Source of the DNA: Anaerolineae bacterium
GTDB taxonomy: Bacteria; Chloroflexota; Anaerolineae; Aggregatilineales; Phototrophicaceae
Length of the DNA: 64,000 nt
Direction of reading: 5' to 3'
Assembly: GCA_022825675.1 (NCBI GenBank)
Contig: JAJDWK010000096.1
Span: 11,820-75,819, forward strand
The notes beneath the pieces were generated by a model. It was not told where the DNA came from and did not search any database. It saw only the letters and a program-made list of their open reading frames with translations. Both the position numbers and the translations under genes were made by a program. Shown in pieces: positions 38,604-48,098 of this stretch; the first letter of the stretch is position 1; each line of letters begins with the position of its first letter.

Positions 38604-41375
38604 TCACAGCACGATATTCACTTTCGGGCTGGTTTTGTTGCGCCCGGGGATGAAGATGCTGCGTTTGGGCGGCTTGCCGCCGAGGCTGCGCTGCGCCGCC
38701 GCGCTCGCCAGCGCCAGCTCCTGCGCCTGCTCGCGCGCGATATCCGCCGCCACCGCAATCGTTTCGCGCGGTTTTCCATTTATCATCACCACCAGCTCGA
38801 CGGTGTCTTCACGCGCTTTTTCGGCGTCATATTCGAGCCAGGGCTGGGTATGCACGCTGTAGTCCCCGCCCAGGCGCTCCCAGCATTCTTCGGCGATATG
38901 CGGGGCGAAAGGCGCCAGCAAGCGTATCATCGCGCTGACGGTCTCTTGCCAGAAGCCCGCGCCGATGCCGCCCGCGCGCAGCGCCGCCTTAAAAGCGTTC
39001 TTGAACTTCATCTGCTCGGCGATGGCGGTGTTGAAGCTGAACGCTTCCAGCCCGCGGTCGATGACGGCGATGGTCTGGTGCAGCTTGCGCTCGATATCGC
39101 GCTCGGCAGCGGGGTCGCCGCTGCCAGTTGGCGCGCCGGCGGCAACAATCTCCCAGACATCGTGCAGCCAGCCCTGCGGACCTTTGATGTTATTTTCGTT
39201 CCACGGTCCGCCCTTCTGCCAATCGAAATTGAACATCAGGTAACAGCGCACGACATCAGCGCCATATTGCTCGACCAATTCATCGGGGTTGACGACATTG
39301 CCCTTGCTCTTGGACATGCGCTGGATATCCAGGTGATGCCGCAGCTGATTGACGGTGTTCTCGCCGGGGATATCGGGGATGATGACCTCAGCGCTTGGCA
39401 GGACTTCGACAAATTGCGTGACGCCCGCCATAGTCACATGCAGCACATTTTCGGTGCGGTGGGCAATCTCGCCGAAGACGCCGTCAAAACCGGCGGGCAC
39501 GGCATTCCAGTCGACAACTTCCACCCGCCGCGCCAGCAGCTTCTCGCCAGCTTGAGCGCCGCTGCAGAGCACAAAATCGCCTTGCCGTTCCGCGCCGAGG
39601 ACCTGCCCCTGGTTGCGCAGGACGGTCATCGGCTCGTCAAAAGCGCCGGCGGGGTCACGCCCGTGGCGGCGCATGGCGGCGGCGGCGTCATCATAGACGC
39701 CGATATCGCGCAGCACTTTGGTGAAGAAGCGCGTGTAGAGCAGGTGCATCACCGCGTGCTCGGCACCGCCGGTATAGACATCAACCGGCAGCCAGTAAGC
39801 CGCTTCTTCGGGGTCGAAGGGAGCGCTATCACAGCGGGGCGAGAGATAGCGCAGCTGATACCAGGACGAGCACATGAATGTATCCAGAGTATCCGTCTCG
39901 CGGCGGCGGGTTGCGTCCACTTTGTAGAAGGGCTCGTGATAGGTCAGCGGGCTCCGTCCGGTGGGCATGAAATCGACATCTTCCGGCAGCTCGACTGGCA
40001 GCTCGGCGTCTGGCACGGGGATAATCTCGCCGCCCTCATACATCATCGGGATGGGACCGCCCCAATAGCGCTGGCGGCTGATGAGCCAATCGTGCAAGCG
40101 GTAATTGACCGCTTCCTGCCCCTTGCCGGTCGCCTCCAGCCAATCCAGTACGCGGCTGATTGCCGCGTTCGCCCGCCCCTTGGCCTGGCTGCTGACGCTG
40201 CCATCCATCGGGGCGGAATTGACCATGGTGCCGGGTCCATCATAGGCGGCGTCCATATCAGCGGCTTGCAGCGGCTCCTGCATAGCCTCGGGCTGGATGA
40301 CCACCCGTATCTCCAGGTCATGGGCGCGGGCGAATTCAAAATCGCGTTGATCGTGGGCGGGCACCGCCATAATCGCGCCGGTGCCATAGGTAATCATGAC
40401 ATAATCGGCGATCCAAATCGGTATCCGCTCCTCATTCACGGGATTGATGGCATACGCGCCCGTGAAGACGCCAGTCTTTTCGCGATGTTCCTTCATGCGC
40501 TCGACTTCGGTTTCGACAGCGACTTCGTCGATATAACGCTCGACAGCGGCGCGCTTTTCCGCCGTGGTGATTTTGCTGACCAAATCATGCTCTGGCGCCA
40601 GCACCATAAAGGTCGCGCCCCAGAGCGTATCGGGGCGGGTGGTGTAGATTTCGATTTTATGCCCGCCGTCAGCGGTATGGAAGGTGGCGCGCGCGCCTTC
40701 GCTGCGTCCAATCCAGTTGGTCTGCATGATTCGGATGGCGTTGGGCCAATCCAAACCTTCAAAGTTCAGCAGCTCATCGGCGTATTTGGTGATGGCGAAG
40801 AACCATTGCTCCATCATCTTGTGTATGACGGGCTGGCCAGTGCGCTCATCCTTGCCATCGATGACCTGTTCATTCGCCAGCACGGTCTGCAAACTCTCTG
40901 ACCAATTCACCAGCGCCGAGCCGCGGTAAGCGATGCCATTTTCATAAAAGCGCTTGAAGAACCACTCCGACCATTTGTAATACTCGGGCGTGCAGGAGAT
41001 GGCTTCCCGCTCCCAATCGAACATGGCGCCCATGCTGCGCAGCTGCTCGCGCATGCGCTCGATATTGGCGTAAGTCCACTTCCAGGGGTGGATATTGCGC
41101 GAGATCGCCGCTTGCTCGGCGGGCAAGCCAAAGGCGTCAAAGCCCATGGGGAAAAGCACATTGTAGCCCTTCATGCGCATCCAGCGGGCGCGGGCATCTG
41201 ACGGCGTCATCGCGAACCAGTGGCCGATATGCAAATCGCCCGAGGGGTAAGGCAGCATCGTGAGGGCGTAATGTTTGGGCTTGTCCCAATCAACAGTGGC
41301 GCGGTAGAGCTGGGTCGCTTCCCATTTTTGCTGCCATTTGCCTTCAATGGCTCGCGGTTGATACGCTGCTGACAT
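38604..41375 (-). CDS. leuS: Leucine--tRNA ligase
   Basis: ...LTMLPYPSGDLHIGHWF (HIGH), ...RMSKSKGN (KMSKS); 923 aa. Confidence 0.95.
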   Translation of the reverse strand: MSAAYQPRAIEGKWQQKWEATQLYRATVDWDKPKHYALTMLPYPSGDLHIGHWFAMTPSDARARWMRMKGYNVLFPMGFDAFGLPAEQAAISRNIHPWKWTYANIERMREQLRSMGAMFDWEREAISCTPEYYKWSEWFFKRFYENGIAYRGSALVNWSESLQTVLANEQVIDGKDERTGQPVIHKMMEQWFFAITKYADELLNFEGLDWPNAIRIMQTNWIGRSEGARATFHTADGGHKIEIYTTRPDTLWGATFMVLAPEHDLVSKITTAEKRAAVERYIDEVAVETEVERMKEHREKTGVFTGAYAINPVNEERIPIWIADYVMITYGTGAIMAVPAHDQRDFEFARAHDLEIRVVIQPEAMQEPLQAADMDAAYDGPGTMVNSAPMDGSVSSQAKGRANAAISRVLDWLEATGKGQEAVNYRLHDWLISRQRYWGGPIPMMYEGGEIIPVPDAELPVELPEDVDFMPTGRSPLTYHEPFYKVDATRRRETDTLDTFMCSSWYQLRYLSPRCDSAPFDPEEAAYWLPVDVYTGGAEHAVMHLLYTRFFTKVLRDIGVYDDAAAAMRRHGRDPAGAFDEPMTVLRNQGQVLGAERQGDFVLCSGAQAGEKLLARRVEVVDWNAVPAGFDGVFGEIAHRTENVLHVTMAGVTQFVEVLPSAEVIIPDIPGENTVNQLRHHLDIQRMSKSKGNVVNPDELVEQYGADVVRCYLMFNFDWQKGGPWNENNIKGPQGWLHDVWEIVAAGAPTGSGDPAAERDIERKLHQTIAVIDRGLEAFSFNTAIAEQMKFKNAFKAALRAGGIGAGFWQETVSAMIRLLAPFAPHIAEECWERLGGDYSVHTQPWLEYDAEKAREDTVELVVMINGKPRETIAVAADIAREQAQELALASAAAQRSLGGKPPKRSIFIPGRNKTSPKVNIVL

Positions 41376-41794
41376 CAGATTCTTACTCCCTCATCACTTT
41401 GCGGATACAGGGCGGCAGCCGCCGATAGCGGGCGCGCCCGCATGCGAGTGGAATAGAGTGCGTTTCTTGAGGAAAATATCACAAGAGGCGCGGGGGGCGC
41501 AGCCGCAAGCGGCTAGGTAAGGAAAGAGCGGGCCACCCCAAAGCCCACTGCCGCATTGACTTTCATCATGCTTGCCTCCAGCGCATTGGCGGGCAGTCTA
41601 ACATGGGCGGCACGGCTTGTAAAGCGGGGATACGCCAGCATTTTCCCAAAATGACTGACGAGGGGACACCTTTTTCTACCCCATCCCCGGCCCTTCCCCG
41701 TATCAACGGAGAAGGGTGACTCGTCGCTGAATCTGGGTATTTGTTGGTGATATGTATGAGAATGAACGCTAATGCAAACTTATTTTTAGCGATT

Positions 41795-41820
41795 CCCCTC
41801 TCCGATGATTCGGAGAGGGG
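41795..41820. terminator. Perfect 11-bp hairpin CCCCTCTCCGA-TGAT-TCGGAGAGGGG
   Basis: 65 nt downstream of the uxaA-like stop. T-run only on the plus-strand side (GCGATTTTC). Possible factor-independent or bidirectional terminator. Confidence 0.35.
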
Positions 41821-41884
41821 GCGATTTTCAACAGCCTCTGGCGGCTCACTCTCTTGTACAACGATGCAGGAGCGCGGGCAGCGG

Positions 41885-43057
41885 CTAGATGCTGGGACCA
41901 ACGCGGTGGATGGCGAAGCTGTTGTTGTCACGCAGCGCCTCGGACTTGGTCAAATAGCCATTGCAGACGCGCGCGACCTCGTCATAGACTATGCGCCCGG
42001 CTTCCGCCAGCGTCAGCTCGCCAGTGAAGACGCCGCTGACATCGACATCGACAGTATCGCGCATCAGCTCGTAGGAGCCGCGATTGCCAGTAACTTTGAC
42101 TGTCGGCATGATGGGATGGTTGGAAGTATGCCCGCCGCCCGTGCAGAAGGTGAGCACCTGGCAGCCCGCCGCCGCCATGCTGCTGATGCTCTCCGCGCCC
42201 ATGCCGGGACCGTACATCACATAATTGCCGGGCTCGCGGCTGGTTGGCGCTTCGGCGATTTCGAGATATTCGATGATGGCATCGCCGCCGATTTTTTTGA
42301 CTGCGCCCATGGATTTCTCTTCGATGGTGGTCAAGCCGCCCGCCATATTATCGCCCGTGGGCTGGGAGCCGCGGATGTCCTCGCCGCTGGCGAGGGCGCG
42401 GCGCTCCATGTGCTGGACGCCATCAAGGATGGCTTGGGCGACAGTGGGGCTGGCGGCTTTGTCAGTCAGCCAATTTTCGCAGCCCATCCATTCGGTGCAT
42501 TCCGCCATCAGCATGCGCCCGCCTTGGGCGATGAGAATTTCGCCGGCGATGCCATTGGCGGGGTTGCTCGCCAAGCCCGAAGTGGTATCGGAAGTGCCGC
42601 ATTCGGTGCCGAAGAGGATGTGGCTCATCGGCGCTGGTTCGCGCTGATGCAGGCTGATTTGCCGCGCGAAATCCTGGGCATAGCGGGTGGCTTTTTCGAC
42701 AGCGCTGATGAAGCCGCCAGCGCCGCGGATGTTGACAGTGGCGATGGGCTTGCCCGTCGGCGCGATATCTTCGGCGAGGTCGTCAGCGGTCATGCCCTCT
42801 TCTTTGAAATGGTCGATGATGACAACCGCGCCGACATTGGGGTTCATGGCGGTGCCAGCGAGGAAGCGGCGGGTCACGCGCAAATCGGGCGCGACTTGGC
42901 AGCGCCCATTGGCATGCGTGATGGGCACCGCGCCGTGGATGGTATCGGCGACGCGCTCGCAGACGCCATTGGCATAGACTGTGCCCGAGAGTATCAGCAG
43001 GTGGTTGCGCACCCCGACAGCGCCATCGGGGCGGTAATAGCCCATAAATTCTGACAT
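41885..43057 (-). CDS. UxaA family sugar-acid dehydratase, large (catalytic) subunit
   Basis: MSEFMGYYRPDGAVGVRNHLLILSGTVYANGVCERV... typical of the altronate/galactarate dehydratase C-terminal domain family. Confidence 0.85.
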   Translation of the reverse strand: MSEFMGYYRPDGAVGVRNHLLILSGTVYANGVCERVADTIHGAVPITHANGRCQVAPDLRVTRRFLAGTAMNPNVGAVVIIDHFKEEGMTADDLAEDIAPTGKPIATVNIRGAGGFISAVEKATRYAQDFARQISLHQREPAPMSHILFGTECGTSDTTSGLASNPANGIAGEILIAQGGRMLMAECTEWMGCENWLTDKAASPTVAQAILDGVQHMERRALASGEDIRGSQPTGDNMAGGLTTIEEKSMGAVKKIGGDAIIEYLEIAEAPTSREPGNYVMYGPGMGAESISSMAAAGCQVLTFCTGGGHTSNHPIMPTVKVTGNRGSYELMRDTVDVDVSGVFTGELTLAEAGRIVYDEVARVCNGYLTKSEALRDNNSFAIHRVGPSI

Positions 43058-43069
43058 GTTGTCTCCTTC

Positions 43070-43384
43070 CTATTCCGCGGCGACTTGGGCGCGCCCCGCG
43101 AGGTCGCCACGTCCGCGATTGCTTTCGACATTATGGGCATGCACATGCTCGCCAGCTTTGATATCGCGGCTGGCGGAGCCGATGCTGAGCCCGTATTTGA
43201 GCACGGTATCGCCGGCGGCGATGTCCATCAGGGCGATTTTGTGCCCATAGGCGATATCGGCGAGGGCGATGACTTCGAGGTCGCTGCGTTCGCCATTGCT
43301 GGCGACATGGTCGCCGGTGTGGATGGCTTCAAGCACGGCGGTGCCGACATTGTCGGTGGCGTAGACGACGAATACTTTTTTCAT
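43070..43384 (-). CDS. UxaA family dehydratase, small SAF-domain subunit
   Basis: ...DNVGTAV..., IAYGHKIALMDIAAGDTVLKYGLSIGSASRDIKAGEHVHAHN (SAF domain). Confidence 0.85.
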   Translation of the reverse strand: MKKVFVVYATDNVGTAVLEAIHTGDHVASNGERSDLEVIALADIAYGHKIALMDIAAGDTVLKYGLSIGSASRDIKAGEHVHAHNVESNRGRGDLAGRAQVAAE

Positions 43385-43451
43385 AGGGGGACCTTTCCGG
43401 GTGATTTAGAGAGTATCGTGACGAAATTTTGCTTAACGAAAACGACACAGG

Positions 43452-43493
43452 TATTTTCACCACAAAGAACACAAAGAACACAGCGAATTTCTG
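43452..43493 (-). repeat. Half-copy or variant of the CACCGAG-type repeat (R3)
   Basis: TATTTTCACCACAAAGAACACAAAGAACACAGCGAATTTC resembles the ATTCACCACAGAGACACTGAGGGCACAGAGATTTTC arm of R2. Lies at the edge of the R-M cassette. Confidence 0.55.
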
Positions 43494-43538
43494 ACTGCTC
43501 AGCGGAGTTTTCTATTCCATGAAATAAACTGCTTTCGA

Positions 43539-44432
43539 TTACGGTAGAGATGGGCGAAAAAGTGGTAAATTGAGTACACTCTGTTTTCCAAGCTCGATAT
43601 TTCCGTTCCAAATTTCGTCCAGATTTTCCGTAAAGCGATAGTCGTCGCGGAAGCGCGCGATAGCGTCAGCGGGACGAATTGCGCGCAGGCGCTCGCGGAT
43701 GCAGGCGGCATTATCCGGGTCAATCTCTACACCCAGCCCTGCCCGCCCCAACTGCTGGGCAACAACTAATGTCGTGCCTGTACCCGCGAAGGGATCAAAC
43801 ACCACATCGCCAGCCACCGTCGAGCTGAGCATTATGCGCAGCAGCAGGGCGATGGGCGCTTGCTGCTTGTGAAAGCGCATACCGTCGTCAGCGCGCAGGG
43901 CTTCGTCCCCAGCGAAATAGCCCGCTGTCAGCTCGCGTATGTCGTGCCAAATATCAGTAACATATAAGCCATTTTCGCGCTTGTGGCGATAATTTGCGGG
44001 CAGGGGCGGGTCAATGCGCAGGCGATGAAATACCCGCGCCCGCGGGCCTTTGGTGGCGTAGGCGATGATTTGATATTGCTTGCCAAAGCGCCGGCTCATG
44101 GGCACGGCGGATGTCAGCTTCTTCCAGATGATGAGGTTTTGCAGCGTCCAGCCGGTTTCGCGCAGGCAGGCAAGAACTTGCTCGCTGTTCTTCTCCCGCT
44201 GCATGAAATACACAGCGCCACCGTCAGCAGTCTGCGCACAGACGGCGCTGCAGACACGCTTCATCCAAGCCCAGTATTCGTCTGCGGGCATGTCGTCATT
44301 GTGCGAGGCGTAGTCTTTGGCTTGGTTAAAGGGGGGGTCAAGGAAGGTCAGGTTAAGCTCGCGCTCGGCAAAAGCGTCAGAAGCCAAAAAGTCGTTTATA
44401 TCATTTTGAAAAACGCGGCTAAGCTCACTCAT
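43539..44432 (-). CDS. Beta-class N6A/N4C DNA methyltransferase
   Basis: Motif IV LTFLDPPFN near the N-terminus and motif I VVFDPFAGTGTT near the C-terminus (IV-to-I order indicates beta class). Confidence 0.85.
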   Translation of the reverse strand: MSELSRVFQNDINDFLASDAFAERELNLTFLDPPFNQAKDYASHNDDMPADEYWAWMKRVCSAVCAQTADGGAVYFMQREKNSEQVLACLRETGWTLQNLIIWKKLTSAVPMSRRFGKQYQIIAYATKGPRARVFHRLRIDPPLPANYRHKRENGLYVTDIWHDIRELTAGYFAGDEALRADDGMRFHKQQAPIALLLRIMLSSTVAGDVVFDPFAGTGTTLVVAQQLGRAGLGVEIDPDNAACIRERLRAIRPADAIARFRDDYRFTENLDEIWNGNIELGKQSVLNLPLFRPSLP

Positions 44433-44568
44433 TATTTCTGAGTTTCAGTCGTATTGATAATGCCCCAGCAAATCATCGTCAATCATGCGCCTTCTGTTGA
44501 AGCACGATGAAGTGTGGGAGCCATCGCAAAGCTGACGCCACACACAAGGCCACAGCAGGCGGAGAAAT

Positions 44569-45378
44569 TCAATAGTTCTTGATGAAAAGTTCTTTTCCTT
44601 TTTCAGCCTTGCCTTGCATATAATTGTTCATCCCATATTGCAGCGTCCATTCGCTGATCTTCGCGAAGCTGAACAGGTCGCGGATTCGTGGCGAATCATC
44701 ATAAGTTATCAGCCACTTGTGCGGACAGCGGCGCATATTCTCGGCAAATCGTTCATGGTCAAATCCGGTGTGCAGCTTTCCATTGACGCCATAGAGCCGC
44801 GATTGCGTGGCTTTCCAATAAGGCGGGTCAAGGAAGATGAAGACTTTTTCTCCTGTCGCATGCAGCAGAGGCTCATAATCTCCGTGACAAATCTCGACCT
44901 CTTGCAGCAGCGGCTCAATCCGCCATAATCTGCCAATTGAGGATTGAGTGAAACGGCGTTCAAAAGCGTATTGCGAATAACCGCCCGAATCCACTACGCC
45001 GGAAAATGTGATGCGATTCAAGACAAAATACCGCGTCGCCCGCTGCAAATCACTTGTCATTGTGCCATCTGTGTGCAAGAAGCGCCAAAGTTCGCGCCCG
45101 TCATCATAGCAATCCTTAAACGATTGTACGCTTCGCGCCAAGTCGTCGAGATTTGTTTGCGCCGCCCGCCAGAAGTGGATGAGATCTTCGTTTAAGTCAT
45201 TTATCACATAGCGGCGTATGCGGCGTCCGAAGAGGCGTCGAATCGCCAGAAATACCGAACCGCCACCGATGAAGGGCTCGCGGTATTCTTCAATATGCGC
45301 GGGCACATGCTGGAGGATTTGCCTTATGGCGCGGGATTTGCCGCCGGGGTAACGCAGCGGACTTTTGGCAGCTTTCAT
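44569..45378 (-). CDS. Alpha-class (D12/Dam-like) DNA adenine methyltransferase
   Basis: LRYPGGKSR, motif I EPFIGGGSVF, motif IV FIFLDPPY. Confidence 0.9.
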   Translation of the reverse strand: MKAAKSPLRYPGGKSRAIRQILQHVPAHIEEYREPFIGGGSVFLAIRRLFGRRIRRYVINDLNEDLIHFWRAAQTNLDDLARSVQSFKDCYDDGRELWRFLHTDGTMTSDLQRATRYFVLNRITFSGVVDSGGYSQYAFERRFTQSSIGRLWRIEPLLQEVEICHGDYEPLLHATGEKVFIFLDPPYWKATQSRLYGVNGKLHTGFDHERFAENMRRCPHKWLITYDDSPRIRDLFSFAKISEWTLQYGMNNYMQGKAEKGKELFIKNY

Positions 45379-46511
45379 GAGTTTGGCGCGATTTCTATGC
45401 TGAGACCGTGGTTGGCAGCAGTTTCCTTATGTAACAGTTCAATAAGCTCACGCTTTGCCGGCCTCAATTCATTTCGGTCGGCAAAACGAGCAATTGCTGT
45501 TAGGTCATCATCTGGTAATTTCAAAGTATCCTTTACGTTGCCAGTTAGCTTAAGGCGAGTCATGAACTTTATCTGATTGTCACCCAGGTACAGTTCGTCG
45601 ACATTGTAAAACAGGATATTCTTGAAAAGACCATCTTGGATATCCGTCAGGGAGGGTAACCGTCCCCGCCCACTATTCTTTGACTCTTGGATTATCAGTG
45701 TATCGTTTTCCCAATATACTTCATCGGCGGTTACATGGTATATGCCGCCAAGATAATTCTTCAGTTCAAAGGTCGCTTTGCCACCATCCGCCAAGTGCTC
45801 CAATTCATGTGTAGTCATTGATTCCCTACGCGCGGCAGAGGCTGAACGCGGTACTGAACTTTCGCGGAACGCGTCAATGCTGAACTCGCCATTTACCAGA
45901 TATTTTTCAAGTATTTTCAAGTGGTTTTCGGCTGAATTCATCACTACATTATACCGCTTGCCAATTCTTTGATAGCATTCCACTGCATTTCGAAAGACAT
46001 TTTCGAAATCACGCTTAAAGTGCATACAGTTCCAATGTAAAGCTGTTGACTTGTAGCGCTTAACTTCGAGAATTCGTTCACGAACGAAAGCATTGTTGAG
46101 TCGTTGCTCTGTGATGCGGTTCGGAAGACTAGCATGAGGTTTCGCGCTTTCATACCAACTCAATAAAATGTACACATTCATCAAATTCATACGCGACAAT
46201 GTCATGAACATGATGCGGTCATTATTTAGCGTTCCAGAGCCTTCGTCCTTGATTAAAGGGATGACCGTTATTGGCTTTGGGAGATGGTATGTTCTGTAAA
46301 TTCGCGCTGACGGATACGAACGGCTGGGTTTAGGCGTTAGCCACTTGGATGCAGCAAGCGTTGTACCATCAGCAAATTCAATTATTCCCGACGACGGAGC
46401 AGAATTGATGTCAAATCCCTCATACTTCTCAGTCTTCAACGCCGAGCTATGAACAAGAGGATCATAATCAAGGTTGCGGATAACACCGCGCAAGTGTATT
46501 GCTTTAGCCAT
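45375..46511 (-). CDS. Putative restriction endonuclease (uncharacterised; C-terminal PD-(D/E)XK-like D...ESK)
   Basis: 378 aa and AT-rich. ATG at 46511 with SD GGGAGAA. 4-nt ATGA overlap with the Dam-like MTase gene. HVTADEVYWENDTLIIQESK resembles a D-X13-ExK nuclease core. No family recognised by eye. Confidence 0.5.
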   Translation of the reverse strand: MAKAIHLRGVIRNLDYDPLVHSSALKTEKYEGFDINSAPSSGIIEFADGTTLAASKWLTPKPSRSYPSARIYRTYHLPKPITVIPLIKDEGSGTLNNDRIMFMTLSRMNLMNVYILLSWYESAKPHASLPNRITEQRLNNAFVRERILEVKRYKSTALHWNCMHFKRDFENVFRNAVECYQRIGKRYNVVMNSAENHLKILEKYLVNGEFSIDAFRESSVPRSASAARRESMTTHELEHLADGGKATFELKNYLGGIYHVTADEVYWENDTLIIQESKNSGRGRLPSLTDIQDGLFKNILFYNVDELYLGDNQIKFMTRLKLTGNVKDTLKLPDDDLTAIARFADRNELRPAKRELIELLHKETAANHGLSIEIAPNS

Positions 46512-46524
46512 TTCAATTTCTCCC

Positions 46525-47934
46525 TCACCCAAACTGCGGCAGCCACTGCGCATTCGCCGCCAGCAGCTCCTCCAGCATCGCCCGCCCGGCGTCAATATCC
46601 CGCACCATCGGGTCCAGCAGCAGCGCCTGCAGCGCCAATTCGCGGTCGCCCGTCAGCGCCGCTTCTACATAAAGCTCGCTCAGCGCCAGCTCCCGCCGGC
46701 AGAGCTCGGCGATGGGCGCGGGCAGCGGCGGGCAGGCGTCGCCGAGGAAGCCCGCCCCGCTCACCGCGCCGGGCACTTCGACTATCGCATCCGCGGGCAA
46801 ATTTGTGATATAGCCACGGTTGGGGATATTCAGCTGGGGATGCGGCGTTTCGCGGTCATAGTGGGCGGCAGCCACCATTTCCGGGATGCCTTCGTCCAGC
46901 ATGCCGTGGCGGCTGAGGTCGCGCAGGCTGTCGACATCGACGCGCCCCGCGACAATATCACGCGCCAGCTTGCCGCGGTAGGCGCGGCGGCGACGGTTGC
47001 CCTCCCAGCTTTGCAGCTTGAGTTCATACTTCTTCCAGGGCTGCGCCACCGGGTCGCTGACCCAGGCGAGATATTCGCAGAGGTGGCTGTCGCCGGCGGT
47101 CGGCATCAAGCCATAAATCTCAAAGATGGCGCGGCTGAGCGGCTCAAAATCGCGCCGATACTGCTTCAGCCAGCGTTCGCGCAGCTCTGGATAGAGGTCT
47201 TCGCCCGTATGTTTATCGCGGATTTCGTAGACCCAGGAGAAATGGTTGATGCCACCCGCCTTGATTTCCAGGCGCTTCACCGCTTCTTGCGCCACCGAAA
47301 GGAAGGCGGGCATATTATCGGCGTCCGTATGCACATGGAAGCCCTCAGGCACGGCGATGCCCCAGCGCTCCGCCAGCACCGCCGCCGCCATCGTATAGCC
47401 CCAGAGCAGTTGATGGCACAAGCCAACAACTTTGATTTTGCTATGCCGATGCACGGCCGTGGTCAGCCGAATCAGCGGATTCACCAGATTGAGATAATAG
47501 GCATCGGGGCAGAGCGCCTCCATATCGCGGGCGATAGCCAATATCAGCGGCAGGTTGCGCGCGGTATGGGCGAAGGAGCCGGGACCGCCATTTTCGGCGT
47601 AAGGCTGCCGCAAGCCATGCCGCAGCGGGATGCGCCAATCACTCTCCCAGACTGCTTCGCGCTGCCCAACCTGGATCGACACCAGCACAAAATCGGCTTC
47701 GGGCAGCAGCTCACGGCGCTCGGTCGAAGCGCTGATGGTCATCTCGGCATGCCAGGCGCGGTTCATACTCTCGGCGAGCTGGCGGATGACCGCCAAGCCC
47801 TCGGCGTTGATATCACAGAGCGCCAGCTGCGCGCCCCGCATCGCCGGGTGCTGGATGATGGTGGAAAGCGCGCCTAAGCCGAAGATGGCGCTGCCCGCGC
47901 CGATGACCACTATTTTTGGAGGCTTGGTATTCAT
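46525..47934 (-). CDS. Glycoside hydrolase family 4 (NAD+/Mn2+-dependent alpha-glucosidase/galactosidase-like)
   Basis: KIVVIGAGSAIFGLG Rossmann start, ...KVVGLCHQ motif. Start among ATGs 47934/47946/47973. Confidence 0.85.
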   Translation of the reverse strand: MNTKPPKIVVIGAGSAIFGLGALSTIIQHPAMRGAQLALCDINAEGLAVIRQLAESMNRAWHAEMTISASTERRELLPEADFVLVSIQVGQREAVWESDWRIPLRHGLRQPYAENGGPGSFAHTARNLPLILAIARDMEALCPDAYYLNLVNPLIRLTTAVHRHSKIKVVGLCHQLLWGYTMAAAVLAERWGIAVPEGFHVHTDADNMPAFLSVAQEAVKRLEIKAGGINHFSWVYEIRDKHTGEDLYPELRERWLKQYRRDFEPLSRAIFEIYGLMPTAGDSHLCEYLAWVSDPVAQPWKKYELKLQSWEGNRRRRAYRGKLARDIVAGRVDVDSLRDLSRHGMLDEGIPEMVAAAHYDRETPHPQLNIPNRGYITNLPADAIVEVPGAVSGAGFLGDACPPLPAPIAELCRRELALSELYVEAALTGDRELALQALLLDPMVRDIDAGRAMLEELLAANAQWLPQFG

Positions 47935-48098
47935 ATCAGGCACCATTTTCTTCTTTAATATCGATTCTCGCATAGCGATTGCAGGCTGCACAGATGATAC
48001 CGCTTGCGCAAGCGCGCGCCACTTCCCGCCAGCATTAGCGGCTGAGGACTTCGCGGCGGCAGCCGTGTAGAAAGCTATCCAGACAGAAGGAGGCAATC

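Larger units (their letters stand above)
43539..46511 (-). other. Restriction-modification gene cassette (R, M-alpha, M-beta), visibly AT-richer than its flanks
   Basis: Three co-oriented genes. The first starts 13 nt after the GH4 stop. Base composition changes abruptly at 46511. Confidence 0.7.

Noticed and set aside
38124-40901. 925-aa plus-strand ORF, the longest plus-strand ORF in the window
   Set aside because: It lies entirely antisense to leuS, whose product has HIGH/KMSKS motifs. Its translation is Ala/Arg/Gly/His-rich with no motifs, which is the typical high-GC antisense open frame.
41440-41560. T-box-like sequence GGGGTGGCCCGC in the leuS leader
   Set aside because: It resembles the T-box core GGGUGGNACCGCG only loosely and is one nt short. 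UGGC would pair with a G discriminator, whereas tRNA-Leu normally has A73. I could not find a Stem I/specifier loop with a Leu codon or a terminator with a U-tract. It needs an Rfam scan before any claim.
41566-41931. 121-aa minus-strand ORF in the leuS-uxaA spacer
   Set aside because: It overlaps hairpin and repeat sequence and the 3' end of the uxaA-like gene. Its translation is proline- and serine-rich junk (…PSPLIRGRAGDGVEKG…), and it has no SD.
44433-44568. Possible controller (C) protein gene or small ORF between the two methyltransferase genes
   Set aside because: Only 13-aa ORFs are present on the operon strand, and there is no HTH-sized reading frame.
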